Of a DNA stretch of 64,000 nt, positions 58,189 to 64,000 are shown piece after piece. Location: the NCBI GenBank assembly GCA_025057955.1, contig JANXER010000002.1, positions 5,391 to 69,390 on the forward strand. The letters are read 5' to 3'. Below the pieces are notes generated by a model. The model did not search any database. It was not told the DNA's origin and was given only the letters and a program-made list of their open reading frames with translations. Position numbers and translations under genes: made by a program. The DNA comes from Candidatus Methanomethylicaceae archaeon. Lineage in GTDB: Archaea > Thermoproteota > Methanomethylicia > Methanomethylicales > Methanomethylicaceae. How positions within the stretch are numbered: position 1 is the stretch's first letter; each line of letters starts with the position of its first letter.

Positions 58189-59010
58189 CTTGAGAAGATC
58201 TATATCAAAAATTATTCCTTGGACTTCATTTTTTGCATTAACTACAATAAGCTGATCAACATCATGTTTTTTCATTTTGATGGCGCACTCATTAATACTA
58301 GCATTCTCTCTGATGGTAATACAGGGAGTAACCATCGCTTGATGTAGTGGTATCTTGGGCAAAATTATTCTATCCTTAGTAATAAATAAGAAGGAAGTAG
58401 TATTCCAATCCCATTCTTGTCCTTCAGAACCTGATTTTAAAACCGCCTTCTTCTCCTCAATCTTTATCTCAACATATTTCATTAAATCGGTAAGCGAAAG
58501 AATTCCAACTATCTGTTCATCATCATTAAGTGCTATTATAACATTAGATCTCGTCAAAATCATTATTCTTCCAGCGATATTGAGTGGAGTATTATGCCAA
58601 CATGCTATAATGCTTGGGCACATTAAATCTTTAACTTTAATATTAGATGATGACCTAGAAACTACTTTATGCACTATATCTCCAATTGTAATTATTCCAA
58701 CAAGCTCCTTATTTACAACAACAGGCAATCTTCTATATCCTTTATTAAGCATTATTTTTATACAATTAGATAATTCATCATCAGGTGTAATAGTAACAAC
58801 ATTTGAATTCATTATAAGGGCAATTTGTTCTTCATCAATATGCTTTAAGAAATCCTCTCTCGTTATAATTCCAATAACTTGCCTTGTTCCCTTTTTTACT
58901 ACAGGAAAACCAGATACTTTTTTTTCATAAAATTTTTTCAATATTTGCTCTCTATTTCCAGGGGCTTCTACATATACAACATTAGAATTCATAACATCCT
59001 TAACAAGCAT
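58180..59010 (-). CDS. Four-CBS-domain protein
   Basis: 276 aa with tandem CBS pairs. Confidence 0.8.
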   Translation of the reverse strand: MLVKDVMNSNVVYVEAPGNREQILKKFYEKKVSGFPVVKKGTRQVIGIITREDFLKHIDEEQIALIMNSNVVTITPDDELSNCIKIMLNKGYRRLPVVVNKELVGIITIGDIVHKVVSRSSSNIKVKDLMCPSIIACWHNTPLNIAGRIMILTRSNVIIALNDDEQIVGILSLTDLMKYVEIKIEEKKAVLKSGSEGQEWDWNTTSFLFITKDRIILPKIPLHQAMVTPCITIRENASINECAIKMKKHDVDQLIVVNAKNEVQGIIFDIDLLKSL

Positions 59011-59013
59011 AAT

Positions 59014-59039
59014 CTATCACTCTATACTATCACTCTATA
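59014..59039. repeat. Perfect 13-nt tandem duplication (CTATCACTCTATA x2) spanning the MazG-like 3' end and the CBS-gene promoter region
   Basis: Seen in the sequence. Confidence 0.6.
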
Positions 59040-59314
59040 CATATACAAGGAATATTCTTACATCTTGGACAGATGTAATACTTTTCAAAAAAGCATTTTG
59101 ATAAATCTATATTCAATACATTTGCAAGTGAAAAGAGCCAAGCTAATACATCAGCCATCTCTTCCCTAGTTTTTTTCTCATCCCTCTTCCTTATAGCCTC
59201 AGAGAGTTCTCCTATTTCTTCCACCAACCAAATAAATGTGCCTTCTACTCCTCGCTTTATATCCCGCCTTCCATAAAGTTTCATCATAAGATCCTGTACA
59301 TCCTTCAAATCCAT
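59030..59314 (-). CDS. MazG-like nucleotide pyrophosphohydrolase domain protein with C-terminal Cys cluster
   Basis: 94 aa. EEIGELSEAI...EEMADVLAW and CPRCKNIPCIC. Confidence 0.55.
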   Translation of the reverse strand: MDLKDVQDLMMKLYGRRDIKRGVEGTFIWLVEEIGELSEAIRKRDEKKTREEMADVLAWLFSLANVLNIDLSKCFFEKYYICPRCKNIPCICIE

Positions 59315-59330
59315 ACATAATAATATAATT

Positions 59331-60680
59331 TTATCTTATTTTTATATATTCATATGCATCATTAATGGAGGAGAAGCAATAATTTACCTTTTGAAAGCTC
59401 TTGCGTAATTCTATAACTTTCTCCTTAATCTCTTTTGAAGGTGTTCTATCTATTATTGCTTTTTTCATTATATCAGCAATTTCAATCATTTCAGATTTTC
59501 CCATTCCCAACCTAGTGAGTTCTTGTACACCTATTCTAATTCCACCTGGAGCCCTATAGTCTCTTCCCATGCGCTTATCATATGGTAGTAGATTTCTATT
59601 CACAAGTATATTACATTCTTCTAATTTCTTCTCAACCTCAAATCCATTACCATAGGCTGATACATCAATTAAGATCATATGTGATTCTGTAAATCCTCTA
59701 TTATCATATAGTACATTAAAGCCTCTTTCATATAGAGCTTGACCAAGAGTCTTTGCATTAGTTACTATAGCTTTTGCATAATCCTTATAGAACTCTAATG
59801 CTTCAGCAAAAGCTATAGCAACTCCAGCTACTGCATGAAGATGATGATTGCTTGTAAGGCCAGGAAATACTATGCGCTTTATTGATTCTGCGTATTTCGA
59901 CCAAGAAACTATTGCACCATGTTGTGGTCCTGCTAATGTTTTATGAGTGCTTAATGTGAAAATATCAGCACCCTCAACCAATGGATCTTGAAATATTCCA
60001 CCTGCAATCAATCCAGCTACATGAGCTCCATCATAAACTATCTTAGCATCATAGTTTTTTGCTAAATCTGCTATTTCCTTAACTGGATGTGGAAATAAAA
60101 ACACACTAGCACCTAATATGAACATTTTCGGTTTTTTCCCTGAGGAATCCATCTCTTTGATCATTGCTTCTGTTTTATCTACGTCTATATTGAAGTTCTT
60201 TTCATCAAATGGATAGTTGTAGACATCCAATTCCCTTATTGCTCCTGCAGTTCCACCAATAGTTTTTTTAGCATGACTAATATGACCGCCTGTGGGCACA
60301 GAGCATGAAAAAACCACATCTCCAGGCTTGGTGAATGCTGTGAAAGCAGCTAAATTTGCAACCACTCCAGAAATTGGTCTAACATCCACAAATTCAGCAT
60401 GAAATAGCTTTTTCCCAAGCTCGATTGCAATTGATTCAACCTCATCAATATATTGGCAACCAGCATATAATCTTTCTCCAACCCAACCTTCAGCATATCT
60501 ATTTCCAAAATCGCTTGCTAAAGCTTCTCTTACAGCAGGACTTGGAATATTTTCACTTGCAATCATGGGTAGAGAAAATCTCATCATTTCATGATGCTTC
60601 TCTAAACTCCTAAGAATGGCTTCATAGGCCTCTCTAGCATTTAGACTTTTAATGGACATGTTTAACCCCAATATTATCAA
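59331..60680 (-). CDS. glyA: Serine hydroxymethyltransferase
   Basis: 449 aa with SHMT motifs (TTHKTL-like STHKTLAGP). Confidence 0.9.
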   Translation of the reverse strand: MIILGLNMSIKSLNAREAYEAILRSLEKHHEMMRFSLPMIASENIPSPAVREALASDFGNRYAEGWVGERLYAGCQYIDEVESIAIELGKKLFHAEFVDVRPISGVVANLAAFTAFTKPGDVVFSCSVPTGGHISHAKKTIGGTAGAIRELDVYNYPFDEKNFNIDVDKTEAMIKEMDSSGKKPKMFILGASVFLFPHPVKEIADLAKNYDAKIVYDGAHVAGLIAGGIFQDPLVEGADIFTLSTHKTLAGPQHGAIVSWSKYAESIKRIVFPGLTSNHHLHAVAGVAIAFAEALEFYKDYAKAIVTNAKTLGQALYERGFNVLYDNRGFTESHMILIDVSAYGNGFEVEKKLEECNILVNRNLLPYDKRMGRDYRAPGGIRIGVQELTRLGMGKSEMIEIADIMKKAIIDRTPSKEIKEKVIELRKSFQKVNYCFSSINDAYEYIKIR

Positions 60681-60722
60681 AATAGAAAAAGTTAATAAAT
60701 GAATCGCAAATAATTTGATATT

Positions 60723-60893
60723 ATGCCAAAGAAGGAGAAGAGAAGAGCACCAATGCCATTAAGTGGCGCTGGGTTAATTCGATTCTTTGAAGAAGAGATT
60801 CATGGAATAAAAGTAAAGCCAGTTTATGTAGTTATAGCTAGTCTGATGTTAATTTTAAGTGTAATATTAGCACACTTGTTAACAGGAATATAA
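60723..60893 (+). CDS. Preprotein translocase subunit Sec61-beta (archaeal SecG)
   Basis: Hand-found 56-aa ORF MPKKEKRRAPMPLSGAGLIRFFEEEIHGIKVKPVYVVIASLMLILSVILAHLLTGI: basic N-terminus, SGAGL-R-FFEE motif, single C-terminal TM. Confidence 0.65.
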   Translation: MPKKEKRRAPMPLSGAGLIRFFEEEIHGIKVKPVYVVIASLMLILSVILAHLLTGI

Positions 60894-60895
60894 GC

Positions 60896-61870
60896 TTATA
60901 TGGGATGGGCTTCAATTCCCATCTTGGTCAATCTTGATGCAAATTCCCTAGCATATCCATGAATTGTAAATACTTTTTTTGGTCGACAGCTTAAAGTAAA
61001 ATCAATGAGTTGAGGATAGTCAGCATGAGAACTTAATGGAAAACATGCATCAAAATTGATGAATTTATAAACTGCTGCCCATCCAGTGACTATTGCAATT
61101 TTGGAATTTGGATATTTTGATTTTAATAAACTAATATTGTAATTTGAGGGAAATAAACATACACAATCACCACTTTTAATAATTTCATCACCATAATTCA
61201 AAATATCGTAATATATTAAATCATTACCAAATTCTCTAAAAATGAAGTTGATTCTTGAGATGCTAGGATGAGAGACCACAGGTATTGAAGTATAAAGATT
61301 GAATAATTTTGTAATCTCTTGAGCTTTTCCCAATGGATATACTAGTAAAATGGGCAGGTGTTTTTCTGTAATAGTCTTTGCAGCCCATTGAATTATATCC
61401 AAGTAAATTTGCTCTCGAGGAGGAAAAACTATACCAGGCCTTCCATATGTTGTTTCAATTATTAGAATATCACATTCATGTGGAGATATTGCCTTTTGTA
61501 TCAAACTATCGGTGAAATTTAAATCCCCTGTATAGAGAAGTGTCACATCTCTATCTTTGAGAATTAATGATGCTGATCCAAATACATGTCCAGAATTTAT
61601 GAGTTGAAGTTCCAATTCATGAAAATCTATAGGCTCACCATAATTGCATGGTATTGCATTTTTTATTTTCTTTTTCAATATTAACTCGCCTATGGAAATT
61701 GTCGGTATGGTGGAAATTTTAATACAATAATCGCTTCTAAGTCCACATATATGATCTCTATGAGCATGAGAAACAAAGGAAGGAAGTTCACTTTCTTTAA
61801 TAGGATCAAGAATTAGCTCAATATTGTCTGTTTTTATTGATATTCCATTATTCCAAGAAGCTTTTAGCAA
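60896..61870 (-). CDS. Metallo-beta-lactamase-fold beta-CASP-type hydrolase
   Basis: HAHRDH motif. 324 aa. Confidence 0.55.
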   Translation of the reverse strand: MLKASWNNGISIKTDNIELILDPIKESELPSFVSHAHRDHICGLRSDYCIKISTIPTISIGELILKKKIKNAIPCNYGEPIDFHELELQLINSGHVFGSASLILKDRDVTLLYTGDLNFTDSLIQKAISPHECDILIIETTYGRPGIVFPPREQIYLDIIQWAAKTITEKHLPILLVYPLGKAQEITKLFNLYTSIPVVSHPSISRINFIFREFGNDLIYYDILNYGDEIIKSGDCVCLFPSNYNISLLKSKYPNSKIAIVTGWAAVYKFINFDACFPLSSHADYPQLIDFTLSCRPKKVFTIHGYAREFASRLTKMGIEAHPI

Positions 61871-61983
61871 TCTCCTTTCCCTCGATCACTTTTTTAGCTA
61901 GATAAAGCTCCAATATAAAAGATATATCATAATTAAGCTTATAAAAAGTAATTTAGCATTGTATAATAAAGCAGGGGGTATTC

Positions 61984-63768
61984 TTGTCATTCACTGACAA
62001 ACTTATTGAGAAGTATAAATATACATTTAGTCTACCAAAGAGTAGTTTGATAATTTTCACCATATTTATTTCAGGATTATTTTTTGGAATTTTCATTTAT
62101 GGAATTTTTCCCTATGGCATAGATCCTTTATCATACGTCTTAAAGATTATTATTATTTTCACAACTTCGCCAATAATAGGTGCATATATAATAGATACCA
62201 TAATGAATGATGCTTTTTTAAATAGAAGAAGATTGATGGGCTTGTTGCTATTCGGGATGTTGATTTTTGGGATTATAGAGATAATAGGAGCACTATTATC
62301 AAGAATTTTTAACAATTATTTAATTCTAGAAAAAACCTATGCTATAACTGCAGGAGCATTAACAGCGCTTTATGCTATTGTAATTGGATCTATTACTAAC
62401 ATAAATACAAAAAAACTTTTAATATTAAGCATTATACATCCATTAATAATAATTTCTTTTTTAAGTTTTTTTATGATGTTTAGTAATTTATCATATAATT
62501 TACTAATATTTCTATTAATGAGTGGAATATCATTTTTCATTACTAAACAATATTTGATGTATATTGAAAGAGTTGGAAGAGAAATACTTGGTTATGGGAG
62601 CATAGCATTATTGAAGGCTTTTATAGAGGCAATGATGATAGATAGAACTGGGTTATTGGAAAAAGTTCTAAAAATGATTGCAACTGTAGATAATGCCATT
62701 ATTAGAATCTTAGATTTTAAAGGAAATAATATACTAGGGCGCATGGTAGCACCGGAAATTCACTCTGGACCATTTAAAAATGTAGGAAGTAGTAGCTTAC
62801 CAACGATATTAGCTGAAAGATTTAGAGAAAGAGGGATAAATCCATTAATTTTTCATGTACCATCGAATCATGAAAGAGATTTAATACTTTCTAAAGAATG
62901 TGAAATGGTTGTGAAAACCATTCTTTCATTAGAAATAAAAGAAGGTAAAGCTCTTGCAACTAAATCTGTAAATGTCAAGAGAGGAAGAATCACTGTAACT
63001 TGTCAAGCATTTAATGGAACACCATTAATTGTGATAAGTAGAGCGCCAATTCCTACAGAAGATTTACCAAGTGAAATTAATGAGCTCTGTTTGAAAAAAT
63101 TATTGGAAAAAGGCTTCTCTGATGGAATTATAGTGGATGCACATAACGCAATGGACGGCAATCATTTTGAATTTGGAGAGAATGATAAAGCAGACTTATT
63201 AGAGGCTTTAAATTTCTGCCTTGATGAATTAAAGAAGGATTCTGGAGCTAGACCTCTTATAGGCTTTGCAAATTCTAAGCTTGAGGGATATACAGTAAAG
63301 CAGGGCTTTGGTGATGGAGGAATAATGGTAATGGTAGTTGAAGTGAATGGACAAAAGACAGCTTATATAGTATTTGATGGAAATAATATGATAAGTGGTT
63401 TAAGGGAGAAAATAATCAATGCAGTGAAGAGGGAGGGATTTGAAGTCTCAGAGGTTGCTACGACGGATACACATGTGGTTGTTGGCTGGAGAGCTAAAGA
63501 GGGGTATACACCGATAGGTAAGAATGTAGATAGTGAAACCATAGTAAATAAGACTATAGAGTTAATAAAGGAGGCTGACTCAAAAAAAGAAGAGTGTTCT
63601 ATTAATTTTTCTAAAATAACTTTAGAAAAATTACACTTTTTGGGCTATGAAGGGATGGAAAGGCTGTGGTTCGTGACCGATGTTAGTATAAAGAGAGCAA
63701 AAAGAGGAGGATGTATAGCCTCCATATTGATAACCATATTAGGTCTTATCATAGGATTGATTTTCTAG
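61984..63768 (+). CDS. Large polytopic membrane protein with cytoplasmic C-terminal domain (DUF2070-like)
   Basis: 594 aa with about 8 N-terminal TM helices. Confidence 0.4.
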   Translation: MSFTDKLIEKYKYTFSLPKSSLIIFTIFISGLFFGIFIYGIFPYGIDPLSYVLKIIIIFTTSPIIGAYIIDTIMNDAFLNRRRLMGLLLFGMLIFGIIEIIGALLSRIFNNYLILEKTYAITAGALTALYAIVIGSITNINTKKLLILSIIHPLIIISFLSFFMMFSNLSYNLLIFLLMSGISFFITKQYLMYIERVGREILGYGSIALLKAFIEAMMIDRTGLLEKVLKMIATVDNAIIRILDFKGNNILGRMVAPEIHSGPFKNVGSSSLPTILAERFRERGINPLIFHVPSNHERDLILSKECEMVVKTILSLEIKEGKALATKSVNVKRGRITVTCQAFNGTPLIVISRAPIPTEDLPSEINELCLKKLLEKGFSDGIIVDAHNAMDGNHFEFGENDKADLLEALNFCLDELKKDSGARPLIGFANSKLEGYTVKQGFGDGGIMVMVVEVNGQKTAYIVFDGNNMISGLREKIINAVKREGFEVSEVATTDTHVVVGWRAKEGYTPIGKNVDSETIVNKTIELIKEADSKKEECSINFSKITLEKLHFLGYEGMERLWFVTDVSIKRAKRGGCIASILITILGLIIGLIF

Positions 63769-63879
63769 TCTTTACAATAATCACATAATAGTAGGTTGGA
63801 AAGGATCACCATAGAATAATGTCATCTAAAGTAGAATTCATTTAATTCAATAAAGTATTGAAAATACAAAATCTGTGAC

Positions 63880-64000
63880 TTAGTCACATTGTGATGCAAC
63901 AGCACATTGACCTGTGGAGATACAACCATCTCCTGGTGGTAAAATTATATGTTGTAAAAATCTTTTTCCATGTTTAATTGATTCTTCTTTTATATACTTT
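63880..64000 (-). CDS. C-terminal fragment of a gene continuing beyond the window end
   Basis: Open frame ending ...HIILPPGDGCISTGQCAVASQCD with a stop at 63880-63882. Partial and unidentified. Confidence 0.2.
   Translation of the reverse strand, partial: KYIKEESIKHGKRFLQHIILPPGDGCISTGQCAVASQCD

Noticed and set aside
1-64000. CRISPR arrays, transposases, integrases, restriction-modification or other defence islands
   Set aside because: No repeat-spacer architecture and no ORF with integrase, transposase or Cas-like motifs was seen. The only repeats are three 2-copy tandem duplications of 13-15 nt.

Overview
This is a gene-dense, AT-rich (about 30% GC) archaeal chromosomal segment with genes on both strands. 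It contains no transposases, integrases, CRISPR arrays or rRNA genes.

Archaeal hallmarks seen directly in the translated ORFs:
- DNA polymerase II (PolD) large subunit
- RPA
- PAN proteasomal ATPase
- TFE-alpha, aMBF1 and NAC-alpha
- HflX GTPase and aTrm56
- an Elf1-like zinc-ribbon elongation factor
- GGGP synthase plus a CarS-like lipid enzyme
- form III RuBisCO
- the archaeal thiolase / HMG-CoA synthase / DUF35 trio
- five tRNA genes, one with a non-canonical intervening sequence of about 35-40 nt

Functional blocks, from start to end:
1. Cobalamin salvage (CbiZ partial, CbiB, a CobD fusion, BtuFCD-type ABC importer), with two PP-loop ATPases embedded between the biosynthesis genes and the importer.
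2. A tight 7-gene minus-strand operon: LeuA/AksA-like synthase, PTA_PTB-like protein, LeuC, LeuD, ALS-like ThDP enzyme, an unknown protein with a TiaS-kinase-like motif, and a GMC flavoprotein. A DegT aminotransferase lies convergent to it.
3. Glyco-related genes (nucleotidyltransferase, RGP/GT75-like protein, M20 peptidase).
4. An ArsR/ArsP-like pair.
5. A DsrE-TusA-IscS-IscU sulfur-relay operon.
6. NSUN m5C methyltransferase (apparently frameshifted) next to RuBisCO.
7. A lone radical-SAM/SPASM maturase convergent with an operon encoding a Gly/Tyr-repeat secreted protein, a NapH-like membrane polyferredoxin and a secreted partner.
8. About 1 kb of AT-rich non-coding DNA abutting tRNA-Val.
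9. The TFE / aTrm56 / HflX / MBF1 / PAN / PUA / NAC block.
10. An NrdD-family homologue that has lost its catalytic Cys and Gly-radical residues but gained an HTH and an ATP-cone.
11. A tungstate/molybdate ABC system.
12. The SWIM / RPA and Elf1 / GGGPS / CarS / PolD operons.
13. SHMT, Sec61-beta, and a beta-CASP nuclease.

The candidates for something new are:
- the HTH / ATP-cone / pseudo-NrdD protein
- the 2-oxoacid-elongation / ThDP / PTA-like / TiaS-motif operon
- the rSAM-SPASM neighbourhood with a GY-repeat exoprotein and polyferredoxin
- three conserved genes whose conserved N-termini lie upstream of any ATG/GTG/TTG, which suggests AUA/AUU/AUC initiation or local sequence errors
- the intron-containing tRNA

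All functional calls are motif-level recognition from the translations. No database search was run.
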